NCBI GenBank assembly: GCA_047967505.1
Contig: CM106538.1
From: Dipteris shenzhenensis
Taxonomy: Eukaryota
Reading direction: 5' to 3' (one strand)
DNA: 64,000 nucleotides
Part shown: one piece after another, positions 35,801-47,799 of the stretch
Layout: each line of letters opens with the position of its first letter
Numbering within the stretch: position 1 is the first letter of the stretch
Made by a program: the position numbers and the translations under genes
Notes under the pieces: model-generated
Told to the model about the DNA's origin: nothing
The model's input: only the letters and a program-made list of their open reading frames with translations
Database searches by the model: none

Positions 35801-37658
35801 TGTAGTAAGAACATAGGCCTAGGAAACTATGAACTTCATGCACAGTCTTCAGCTCTGACCATTCTTGAATGACTTGTGGATCTTTGCCAGATCCATCCTT
35901 GGATACTATATGCCCCAAATAGTGGATCTCTTATAGAAAGAATCCACTCTTCTTGCTGTTTGGCATAGAGCTGGTGATTTCGCAACTCTTGGGAAACCAT
36001 AGCAAGATGTTCCTTGTGCTCTTCTTCGGACTTACAGAAAACAATGATGTCATCAAAGAAGGTTCATGTGAACTGTCTATAAGGTCGGAAGATATGATCC
36101 ATCATTCTGTTGAAAGTAGCTGGGGCATTTGTCAACCCAAAAGGCATCACCAGATACTCATACAGCGCCCAAAAGTAGTGCAAAACGGTGTCTTGTGTAT
36201 ATCCCAAGGTTGTATCCTCACTCATTGATAACCACTCTTTAAGTCTATCCTGCTAAAAACTGAAGTCCCAATTAACTGGTCTAGCACATCATCAATGCGC
36301 GGAATTGAACACCTATTCTTGATGGTCATTTTGTTCAATGCGCGATAGTCAACGCACATACGAAATGAACCATCTTTCTCGTGTACAAGCAGTACACGGG
36401 AGCAAAATGCACAGAAACTGGGCTGAACCAGCCCTTTGGACAACAAGTCCTGCACCTGGGCCATAATTTCTTCTCGCTGAGTTGCACTAACTCTGTATGG
36501 GGGCCTATTAGGTGGCTCACTACCAGGAATGAGTTCTATACCATGATCTTCAAGTCTCTCAGAGGGTAGCTCCCCTAGCAAAGGGTCAAAAAAACCATCT
36601 TTAAAGTTTACAAGAAACTGAAATTTATACTTATCTGCTTCATTCATTTCAGCCTGCAATTCAACATCTCTTTCTTTTATAAAAACCATGTACGCTGAAA
36701 CTGCAGACTTTATTGCTTTTCCAACTGAAATATTTATTAAGACCTTCGAAAGATCAGTGTTCGTAACTCAACGCTCCCGAATTGATTTACTTGTTGCCTG
36801 AGCAACTCTTTTGCTGTGGAAATCACTCTCTCTTCAACACACAGCACTAGGGCCCAAGACAATCGTCGGGCTGGACCCCTCTTCATTCATATAATGAAAA
36901 CTGAGTACAAAAAAATACGTGAAATCTTCTTTACAAAAGAGCTCTCAGCTCATTTCTTTTGGAAGCATGCCAAGTGTCAAAATTCTAACTAGCACCTAGC
37001 TAGATTTAATTTATATGCCTCAAGGGGCAAAACTCTACGGTCTTCATAGCCCTCGGTCACATGGACACCTCCTAGCTGCCCACTAGGCTCCATAGCCCTT
37101 GGGCAATCAGCCCCCTCTTAGAACCTGCAACCATTAATTAAAGTGCACATAGCCATGGCACCCATTAATCGTTAGTGCTTTTGCATGCAAATAAATTCTA
37201 GACTAATCCTAGTCGTTGTGGGCATCCCCACCAAGCAAACATGTGCACATAAAATAACTAACTCAATGGTTGACCGAATCCAACCCTTCTAGCCGTAATT
37301 AAGGACTTTGACCAGGGGTCAAGGCACCTTAATTAATGCTAGAACTCTTCGACCTGAGTCGGTAATGATCTAGGTTGACCGGAGTCAACCTGATTTGGCC
37401 AAGATCGAAATCAACTCTTTCTGATCGGAGTTAGAGGTTCTTTGGTTAACCGCAGTTAACCCTCTTGGCATACGGCAAGTCTTCCTAACCGGGGTTAGGC
37501 TTACTTAACCGAGGTTAAGTATCTTTGACCGGAGTCAATACTTTGACCAAAAAGAAATAACGTTTGAACATAATTAAATAAATAAGAGACTCTTTAATTA
37601 TGATCAAATAAATGGTCAATTAAAACTTTGACTTTGGAGTATTTACAACTTGGTGACA
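32868..37658 (-). mobile_element. Ty3/Gypsy chromovirus B (family of D), lacking PBS, gag and protease
   Basis: LTRs 32868-33843 and ~36733-37658, probable TSD GCCAC/GCCGC, PPT at 33844. RT 36222..36689, RH 35342..35755, INT-chromodomain 33870..34964. pol is joined directly to the 5' LTR at ~36733. Confidence 0.92.
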
Positions 37659-37963
37659 GCCGCCAAGCCAGGGCTTCGTCTAATAAGTGCCTGGTAGCTA
37701 GGATGCACTTTGTGTTAGAAAAGACCTATACAGAGGGTATCCTACAGCAAAAACTTAAGAGCCTCCAAGCAACTACACGCATAAGTTTTTAACTACGGAA
37801 TCCAAAACTTATTTCCTCATGTGTACTCCACAAACATATGAGTGTGCAAGTCTATAAATAGACAATGATCTGAGAGAGATATAGCACCAAGAAAATATGT
37901 ATTTCCATTCTCAAATGGACACAATACAAAAGAGAGATTCAAAGTCCCGCCAAACCATGGTCC

Positions 37964-38940
37964 TGTAATCTTACCAAAAGTTGTCCTACTATCTCCTTGG
38001 CATCTCTAGATCCCTGAGCCCGCGTGCTCCACACTGAGCTTCTGTAGACTTAGTCTCTGTGCCGTGATCTCTCATCTTGCTGCCCTAGATGTCAGCCTAG
38101 GTGGGCAGCTTCCTGTTAACTATGTCTGCAGGTCCTGTACCACCTCCCTTGGACTTGTGGAAGCCCTCATGGCTGGCCCTCTTCTACTCCAATCTGCTCT
38201 TGGAATGCTGCTCCAAGATGATGAATAAGAAGGCCCCAATGGCCCTCTTTTATAAGGGTGCCCCTCCACAAGACCAACCAGCCAGCACTAAATGGGCCAG
38301 CTTTTGCTGGCATTCCAACCGACTGGGCCCCTTGGTCTTTAAGAGCCAACCTGGTAGGCAGCCTTCTTGCTGCCCTACAAGCCCCGCCAGGCCACGACTC
38401 GGCCAGGCACACTGCCCAAACTATGGCCTGTTGTTGCAGGCCCAAGACCTGCCGAATTTCATCACCTCCAAGCTTCTGTTTTTCCACCTTTGTTACAGGC
38501 CTCTTCCAGCCTCCGGATCTGCTTCAACAGCTCCACATCATCTACTGAGCACCTCCGTACAATTGCTGACTGGTTTCGTACATCTGTTGACGTCAGCTGT
38601 CACGTAATCCTTGCACAGTCAGGCCTTCTCCATTTGCAGACAGCCACGTGGCACCTCCATACTATTGTTGTCCACCATGGTGGCTCCCAATTGCCAGGTA
38701 TGTTATCCTTGTGCCGCCCACATGGCAGCCTGTTTGCTGCCCATGTGGCAGCCCCATATCTTCTTGTTTTGTTGTGAGCATGCTGCCCAATGGCAGCCAG
38801 GGTGCTGCCCATGTGGCAGCCACGTCATCCTTCCTTTGCTCTCCTCATATGGGGGCTTACACATGGGGATGGTCCACCCTCCCTTTGGTCTCCTCATATG
38901 GGGGCTTACACATGGGGATGTGACCAACCCTATTCCAACA
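37964..38940 (+). repeat. Probable solo LTR or LTR-like repeat
   Basis: TGTAAT...CCAACA, TATA-like at ~38250, a related inverted copy at ~23040-23830 and a 49-bp internal duplication at 38833-38920. No TSD. Confidence 0.5.
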
Positions 38941-39679
38941 CTTTGGTTTTCCTGTGTGGGTATAATAGAAAAATAGCATTGAACTGATTGAACCAAAACA
39001 TAAGCAATACTAGATCAGTGTTTCCATCATATCTTTCATATACATGTATAGATAGCTCGCCATTGGAGGCTAATCACCCTTCTAGACACAGCTTACAAGA
39101 TCTTGGCTAAGGTCTTGACTCTGCATCTGAGACCCCACCTTCAAGATATCATTCACGAGACGCAGACCGGATTTGTCTACGAGCATAGCATTCTGGATAA
39201 TATCTTCACTTTTTGGGAGGCAGTTGACTCGGCCAGAGAGGAGGCACAGCCTCTTGCCATCCTTCTTCTCGATTTCGAGGAGGCATATGTCAGAGTAGAG
39301 TGGTCCTTCGTGGAGGGGACTATGCAGAGACTCGGCTTCTCAGAGAGATGGATCAGAGGGGTTTCAGCTCTTTATGCAGGCAGCTCAACCCAGGTGATCA
39401 TTGGGGACCACACAGACGAGACCTTTCCTCTTCCCGTTCAGTGAGGAAGGGCTGCATGTTGGCCCCTTATCTTTTCCTCTTTGTGGCGGACGCCTTGGGC
39501 TATTTTCTACACTCTCAAGCAATTGGCAGATGAGGCTTCCGATCGGGCAAGAGGAGGAGCTCCTATACTCTAATTTTGCAGATGATACAGCGCTCTATGT
39601 GGATGGCTCCGCAGCTAGTCTAGAGAGGGTCAGAGGAGCCCTTTCCATTTATTGTGAGGCCTCTAGAGCTCACATAAAT

Positions 39680-42600
39680 CCATAAGTTGCCACGTGGCAT
39701 CCTAGGAGGTAATCCCATAAGCAATATTGCTTTGTACTGTCCTGGGCCATACCTATATAAGGGCTCTAGTTGTACTTGGCAATTCATTCATGACTTGTAC
39801 TTCATTACTGAAATAGAAATTACAGCAAGAGTTCAATACTCAGCTGAATTCTTAAAAGGATTGACTTCCTCCTGTCCTTGTGCAGCCCCTCACAAGTCTC
39901 TGTTGTAGGTCCAGCCCATGACCTTCCACTCCTACCTTTTTCCTAAAACATAAGGTACTTCGCTACTCTAACTTTCCTGCACATTCTACCAAATTTAGGG
40001 GTGTTTACTGTCAGTTAGGAGCAGTCTTGTTGCATTGGTATCAGAGCACTTTTCATGGGATTTTGTGGGAAATTCTTTGTCCAATTACTTTGAAATTTGG
40101 AGCATCTACTCTTGAGCCTAGGGCCTACCTCTGTGCAAAAATTCAGCACCCGAAGTGCTCTCTGTTGTAAGCTGTAACGTGGCAGGCTCTGGGAAACCCT
40201 GATTTTCGAAGTGCATCAGATTTTGGGGCTTTTTGCATCAATGGAAAGCCCTTGATCTCCCGATCGTCCCTATGTGCTGGAATCACGAAATTACAAAGGT
40301 TTTACCCCATATTGCACTCGAATTCCAGTCGCAGGTGGAATGGACAGCCAGTCAACGATCTACTAATTGAATGCACCAAACCTTGTCATAGTTAGCTTGT
40401 TCTGGTCGCCATAGCCTCTAGGTGCTGCTCCTAAACGTTCGTGGAGATATGAGCTCAAATGGAGGAGCTATGAGCAAATTCGACTGGCTGAAATAGAAGA
40501 AATGCTGCGGAAATTCAGATTTACAACTCCATTTTGGGTCAGCTTTAGTGCATATGATCGCTTAGCTCCATGGATGCAACTGATAAAGTTTGATAGTGAT
40601 CTGGTTTTTTGTTACTGAGAATTTCGAAAATTCAGTGCAATAGCTAGCGCAGAATTGCTATTTGCCAAACGTTCTAGCGATTTCTAGCCATCTAGGTGTA
40701 ATGTTATGAAATTCTACTCCTAATTGGCCCTTTGGTTCAGTCTTAGCATAAGGATCACCTAAACAAGTGGGAAATTTCAAGTTTTCTCTAAGAAATTTGA
40801 CCTGTGAAACTAGGGCAAAACTAGCATTTGGGGCTTTTGGTACTGGTCTTTGATCAAGGCTTAAGACAGTGCATTTACTCTAGATTCAAGTCATTAAAGA
40901 TGCATGTAAAAAGGTCTACTGGTCAAGCTAGTAAGTAGCCAATGAGTATCCTTGATTCTATCTCAGAGAAGGAAGCAATTGATAATCAGGCTCAAGTTTT
41001 TGAGCCCAATGATCTTCACGTTGGCAATATTCAAGGGGATTTGGCAGCAACTCCTCAAGTACAAACATCCCTTAACCAGGAGCAGATTATAAGGAGTTGT
41101 ATGGACCCAATGCTACAGGTATTCAAGGAGTTAACCAATGAGATCAAGACCAATAATCAGAAGATTGACCAAAGGATGCAGAACATGTCTGCCACTTTTA
41201 ATAAAAGGTTTGACCAATTCAAGAGAAGCCAAATTTATGATGGGAAGAGACCTGTGGATCCCCAAATTGATGGAGACTCAGGTTCAGATGATGATAATGA
41301 TGATCATATACATGTAACTGAACCGGTTGGTTTTATGGCTTCTACCCGAAGGACCTACCACTCTAGTGGAGTTACAGCTCATATGGATAAGGATTCAGCA
41401 CATGGTAAGACTCCTAATAATAACAGTTCAGCAACTGAAGAGTTGTGTCAAAAATTCCATGAATATAAGTTGCTACCAGCAGACCTTAGGGCAGCAATGA
41501 CATTCCAGCAATATATACAAACAGTTAAATCTATTGAACCAAAAGGACCTGTTCATCAAGACAAAGATATGAAAGACAAGATTATACTTCCTAAGTTCAA
41601 AGGTGATTCTACCTCTCCTGAGGAATTGGAGGAATGGCTCAGCAAGATGGATGACTACTTCCTTCTATACCCAAAGGGTGATCAAGGTAAAATCAGATTT
41701 GATGTTCTTCATCTAGAAGATTATGCCCACTCTTGGTGGAGGCATCTACAGCAAGAAGGGTTAACTTTTAATGCTTGGGATGAATTCAAGGCTGAAATGC
41801 TTAAAACTTTTATATCTCCTTTTACTAGGGATCAATATATTTGTAAGTGGTATGATCTTACTCAGCAAGGATCAGTGAAAATTTGTATCAAACAGTTTTC
41901 AAAATTGGCTCTGTTTGTTCATGGTATTGATGAAAGAGTTAGAATGCTCAAGTTCTGCACCCTAGTATTGCTTCAGATGTAGCAGCTCAAAAGCCCAATT
42001 CTCTTGAAGAGGCCATGCAGTTGGCAAAGCTTTATGAACCCAAATGCAATGGGAAGGAGAAGACTTTGGGTATTGGTCACTTTGGAACTAAGCCTATGGT
42101 CAAAGGGGTTTCCAATGATGAAAGCAAACTTCAAACACTTCATTAATGCAAAGACACTTCAAACAATGAGGTTATGCCCATCCACTTTGGATCATGGGAT
42201 CAAAGTTGAGGTGGCTAATGGTCAGCATTCCCACAATAAGCAATATTGTCAGGCTGCTCAAGTGCAACTTTCTCAAGACTATACTTTTCATGGAGATCTA
42301 TTTGTCTTGGAAATGGGACCTATTGACATTGTCCTTGGTTGTGAATGGTTGAGAACCTTGGGAGAATTCTCTATGGACCTTAACAGGCTGTATATGAAGT
42401 TTATGCATGAAGGTAAGCAAATCACTTTGATGGGTCACCAATCTCCTAAATTGTCCTTAATTTCTGCAAGAAGAATGGCCAGAGACCTCAAAAGTGTTTG
42501 AGGAGTCTATGCTAGTCAGTTGACCAAGTCTCAAGAGGGTAATGGGTTGGTGGTGGAGGATAAAGACATGCAAGGCCTATTACAGCAATACTCTGATGTA

Positions 42601-45600
42601 TTTGCTGATCTTCCCAACCATCTCCCTCCCATGAGAGATGTGGATCATACAGACTTTCTAGAGCTAAAAGGGAAGACTGTGGCAAGGCAAATAAAGGAAC
42701 TCCTTGACAAGGAATTTATTACACACAGTCAGTCACCCTTTGCCTCTCCTATGTTATTGGTTAAGAAGAAGGATGGCTCATTTAGAATGTGTATTGATTC
42801 CAGGGATTTGAACAAAATGACAGTTAAGAATAGGTTTCCTATCCCTAGAATTGATGATCTACTAGATGAGCTTAGAGGGGCAAAGTACTTCACAAAGATT
42901 GACTTAAGGTCAGGCTATCATCAAATAAGGATGAAGGAGGGAGATGAACATAAAACTGCCTTTGGGGCAGAACATGGGCTTTATCAATTCAAAGTGATGG
43001 CATTTGGTCTAACCAATGCACTTACAACTTTCCAGGCCCTAATGAACAAGGTATTGCAGCCTTTCCTCTATAAATTTGTGTTGGTATTCTTTGATGATAT
43101 ATTGATCTACAACAAAACCAAAGAAGAGCATTTATTGCATGTCCAGCAAGTATTGGAAGTATTGAGGACACACCAGTTGTATGCCAAATCAAGTAAATGC
43201 ACTTTCATGGCTGAAGAAGTGGAATATTTGGGCCATATTGTCAGCAGTAGTGGCATTAAGGTGGATCCCAGCAAGGTAAAGTGTGTAAAGGATTGGCCTA
43301 TACCTCAGAATATCACCCAGCTGAGAGGGTTCCTTGGTCTAGCATCATTTTATAGAAGGTTTATAAGGCATTTTGCCAAATTGGCAGCTCCTCTCAGTGA
43401 TCTTCTCAACAAGAATGCTTTCCAATGGTCTGACAGTGCCAATAAGAGCTTTGAAGCATTAAAGGAGGCATTAACTTCAGCGCCTATCTTGGTATGTCCT
43501 GATTTCTCTCAACCTTTTATAATTGAGGCTGATGCTAGTGGAAGGGGCATTGGAGCTGTCCTAAAGCAGAGTCATGGAGTTATTGCCTTTGAAAGTCGGA
43601 AATTGGATGACAAGGAGTCAAGTTTCCACATTTATGACCAAGAGATGTTGGCAATACTTCATGCAATCAAAAAGTGGCACCACTACATTTATGGCAGCCA
43701 TTTCAAGGTCAAGACTGATCATAAGACTCTCAGATATTTTCTATCTCAGTCTTCTCGATCACCCAAGCAAAGGAGATGGCTATCCATTGTGCAAAACTAT
43801 GACTTTGACATAGATTACAAGATGGGCAAAAAAAATATTGTGGCAGATTCTCTTTCCAGGATATGGGCTTGTACTTTATCATCTATTACTGAGGTTTATA
43901 AAGATTGGATCCATGGCATTCAAGAAGAGTATCTCAATGATCCTCAAGCAGCTGCTATGTTCCAAGACTTGCAAGATCCTGACTGTCAGCAATATCCCAA
44001 TTTCAAGTTGCACAATGGGCTCTTGTGGTATAATGATAGAATATTTCTTACTGAAAATTCCTCCTATAAGCTGCTAATCTTGCAGGAATTTCACTCATCT
44101 CCTATGGCTGGGCATATAGGCCTCAACAAGACGTATGATAAGGTAAAACAGAGTTTTTACTGGAAGGGGCTTTGGAAGGATGTTCTTGCTTATGTTCAAA
44201 GCTGTAAGCCCTGTCAACAAAACAGGGAGTTGAATTTGAGGCCAGTTGGTCTACTACAACCTCTACCTATACCTCAAGGTAAATGGACAGATATCAGCAT
44301 GGACTTTATTACAGGTCCACCAGTGACCTCTAAGGGTTGGAACAGCATCTTTGTGGTTGTTGATAGACTTACTAAAGCTGCCCACTTCATTCCTACTAAG
44401 ACCCAATTTACAGCTTCCAAGGTGGCTAAGCAATTCATGGAGAATGTGTTTAAATTACATGGACTTCCTCAAGAGATTGTGAGTGATCGTGATGCTAAGC
44501 TCATGGGGCATTTTTGGCAAGAGCTTTTCAGTTCTATGGGAAAACTTCTTACCCCAAGTACAGCAGATCACCCTCAAACTGATGGGCAAACAGAGAGGGT
44601 TAACCGCTGGTTGGAAGAGTATCTAAGGCATTTTTGCTTTGAGACCCAAGCATCGTGGGATCAATGGTAGCATCTAGCTGAATTTTGTTATAATACCACC
44701 AAGCATACTTCAATTGGTATGAGCACTTTTGAAGCCATGTTTGGCTGTAAAGCTCATGTCCCATCAACCATTATTGATCAAGCATTACAAGCCAACAAAC
44801 CAAGGATGATTTGGCTCACATGACTGCTCTATTACAGCAATGTAAATATAATATGGTAAGGGCCCAAGCAAGGATGAAGGATTATGCTGATGAGCATAGG
44901 AGAGATCTTCATTTTTCTCAGATTACATAAGTCTAGGCATGCTTCTTTGAAAGGTAATACCAATGTTAAACTTGCTCATAGGTATTATGGACCTTACAAG
45001 GTTTTGAGGAAAGTTGAGAATACACAAAGTATTCCATGTATCACTGCTCAAGAAGTATTTGGGGCCTAAGGAGCAAGTTATGGAAGAGCTACCTCCTATG
45101 GATGAAGAGGACCAAATTGAGTATATACCTGAGAAGATCCTTGGATTTAGAGATCATGTGTTGAGGAACAAGTCCTACATGGAATATCTTATCCAATGGA
45201 GAGGTCTACCTAATGAGGAGTCTTCTTGGCAGCCATCTACAATTGTGGAGCAGTACCCTCAATTGCTTAGCTGAAGTCTATGACCAAAATTGAGTCTTTA
45301 TGAGCAGATTTGATTTTCTCTTGCTATATAGCATATATGGACATGCTGCAGCCAGCATTCACTATCCTTTCTCAGATCAGCATGTCTCTCACTGGATTAT
45401 ATGATCAGATCTATTATATTGGAAAGCATAGCTCTTCCACCCAATTGCTTGATTTCTTGGGAATATATTCACTATCCTTTCTCAGATCAGCATGTCTCTC
45501 ACTGGATTATATGATCAGATCTGTTATATTGGACAGCATAGCTCTTCCACCCAATTGCTTGATTTCTTGGGAATATTATATGATCCATTTACAGATCAGC

Positions 45601-46194
45601 ATGCCTACAAGGAGGTATTTGACTGAGAAACTTCATTGTTCAGCTGATATGACCAGAATTGAGCTGTTCAGGTTTACAAGGAGCATTGTACGTCCAAGTT
45701 ACAGCCTTTTCAAATTTGAGGACAAATTTCTATTTGAGGAGGGAGGATTGTAACAGAGGGTTACTTTTTACTTAAGCTAAAAGTTAGTAGAAAGGCTTTT
45801 ATTGGCTTGTAAGTGTTTTTTTCTTTTTTTAGGGGATACCATAAGTTGCCACGTGGCATCCTAGGAGGTAATCCCATAAGCAATACTGCTTTGTATTGCC
45901 CTGGGCCATACCTATATAAGGGCTCTAGTTGTACTTGGCAATTCATTCATGACTTGTACTTCATTACTGAAATAGAAATTACAGCAAGAGTTCAATTACT
46001 CAGCTGAATTCTAAAAAGGATTGACTTCCTCCTGTCCTTGTGCAGCCCCTCACAAGTCTCTGTTGTAGGTCCAGCCCATGACCTTCCACTCCTACCTTTT
46101 TCCTAAAACATAAGGTACTTCACTACTCTAACTTTCCTGCACATTCTACCAAATTTAGGGGTGTTTACTGTCAGTTAGGAGCAGTCCTGCTGCA
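39680..46194 (+). mobile_element. Ty3/Gypsy chromovirus C, near full length
   Basis: 5' LTR 39680-40034 (first ~90 bp lost), PBS 40036-40047, gag 40942..41982, partial PR 42004..42501, RT-RH-INT 42520..44670 (FFDD), chromodomain 45014..45274, PPT ~45736-45748, 3' LTR 45749-46194. Confidence 0.95.
45357..45576. repeat. 110-bp tandem duplication in the Gypsy C 3' UTR
   Basis: attcactatcctttctcagatc... occurs at 45357 and 45467. Confidence 0.92.
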
Positions 46195-46689
46195 GATTTT
46201 GGCTTTCGATGGATCCCCAGAGGGGAGACAGCAAGATACCTGGGCTGCCAGGTAGGCATCGACATTTCAGCAAAGCAACAGTTCAGCCCAGTTCTAGAGA
46301 GCGTTCGGCAAAAGCTCGTACTGGAGCTCTGCTAAACTCTCGCTCGAGGGCCGAGCATTAGTGGTTAACCATGTACTCCTTGCCACAACCTGGTACATTG
46401 CTTCTTGCTGGTGTTTCCACCGAGGTTGCATGGGGCAACTACAGTGCTTGGTACGGAATTTTCTTTGGTTGGGATCGGACGGCATGGCAACACCAGAGCC
46501 AAGGTGGCCTGGCCAGGGTGGGGACTGGGAACCTATGAAGAAACCAATGGATTTTGTCCAATTGATCCGTGCACCCGAGGCCTCGCAATAGATAGCCAGG
46601 GGTCCCCTAACTCTCTAACTACCCCCTTTTCAAGGCAGCATGGATGCTCCTTTCTCTCCCCTCCTATCACACGAGGTCAACCAGGTTAT

Positions 46690-47640
46690 CCGTGAGGATC
46701 CACTACAGCTACACACATTCCGGACTTGGTTGGGCCCGAGTGATCTTCCAATGAAGCTAGGCTTCTACAAAGAGCGCTTCTTACATATCACAGCGGAGGG
46801 TTTCATCGGACTTGGTTGGGCCCGAGTGATCTTCCAGTGAAGCTGGGCTTCTACAGAGATCACTTCTTACATATCACAACGGAGGGTTTCATTGATCTAC
46901 CAGGATATACGCAGATCCACCTACCCCACTCGCTGAGGATCTCCCTTGGGTAGTTCCGGGTCTCTTCACACAGACTTCCTATCGAGAGCGGCCGAGCAGA
47001 GCGGTTACCTAGGGAGAGGCGCAAATGCACACTGTGTGACATGCAAAAGGTTGAGACAGAGGGGCATTTCATCTTCAGGTGTCCTGTTTACTATGAGATC
47101 TGAGGGCGTTTCTACTGCGTCTTCAGAGATAGTTATGGGATGTTGGCTCGTGTCCTCTCCTACCCAAACCAGCGATGTTTGGCTGGTTTCATTCATAAGA
47201 TGCTCAGACACCGAGATGGGATACTCTGAGCACGGAGACAGGAGCAGACTTCTCCCTTGACTGATACCTCTCAGAGCTCTATCACGGAGTTCTTTCAGCC
47301 AAACCACATAGACCCCCATGAGGCGAGACTTCAACATGACCGTGACCCAGAGCCTGTGACCCAACAGCTCAGACAGAGGGTTGACTCACAGATCACACTT
47401 GGGGACATCCCCTCCTTGTTTAGGGTCGGAGCCCGACCGACGGGGGTCACAGTGGCCTTGATTAGATGCAAAGCTACGACCAGGAGACGTACCAGGACTA
47501 CACCCTTGAGGGGGCGACAGCGTTCTATTGCTAACCTCATGCCTCCGCTTCCACAGCCTCATCCATCCTGATGTCCTATTGCTAACGATGATGATGATGA
47601 TGCCGACGATGATGCTGAGATTGATATATATATAGTGTCG
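46690..47640 (+). mobile_element. RTE-X-like LINE 3' fragment with CCHC finger, tail ORF and (GAT)n end
   Basis: FRVSSHRLPIESGRAERLPRERRKCTLC...HFIFRCPVYYEI, tail ORF 47257..47571, (GAT)n at ~47587-47614 and an 86-bp duplication at 46721-46892. Confidence 0.82.
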
Positions 47641-47799
47641 GGATATGACTACGTTGTACTTAGGACTTAGTACTGCCATTTTGCATTTTATTGCATTCTG
47701 CATTGGTGTAGATGCTCGTTTAGTAGCTCCACTACCACAGCTCATTGTATTCAGTTTTTTTCGCAGTCTCATAGACCCATCGGTCTTCCGAAGACTTTA

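Larger units (their letters stand above)
39055..46520 (+). mobile_element. L1-clade LINE fragment (RT), interrupted by Gypsy C
   Basis: WRLITLLDTAYKILAK...LLLDFEEAY...FADDT to 39679. It resumes at 46195 with DFGFRWIPRG...RYLG and GRALVVNHVLL. Confidence 0.88.
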
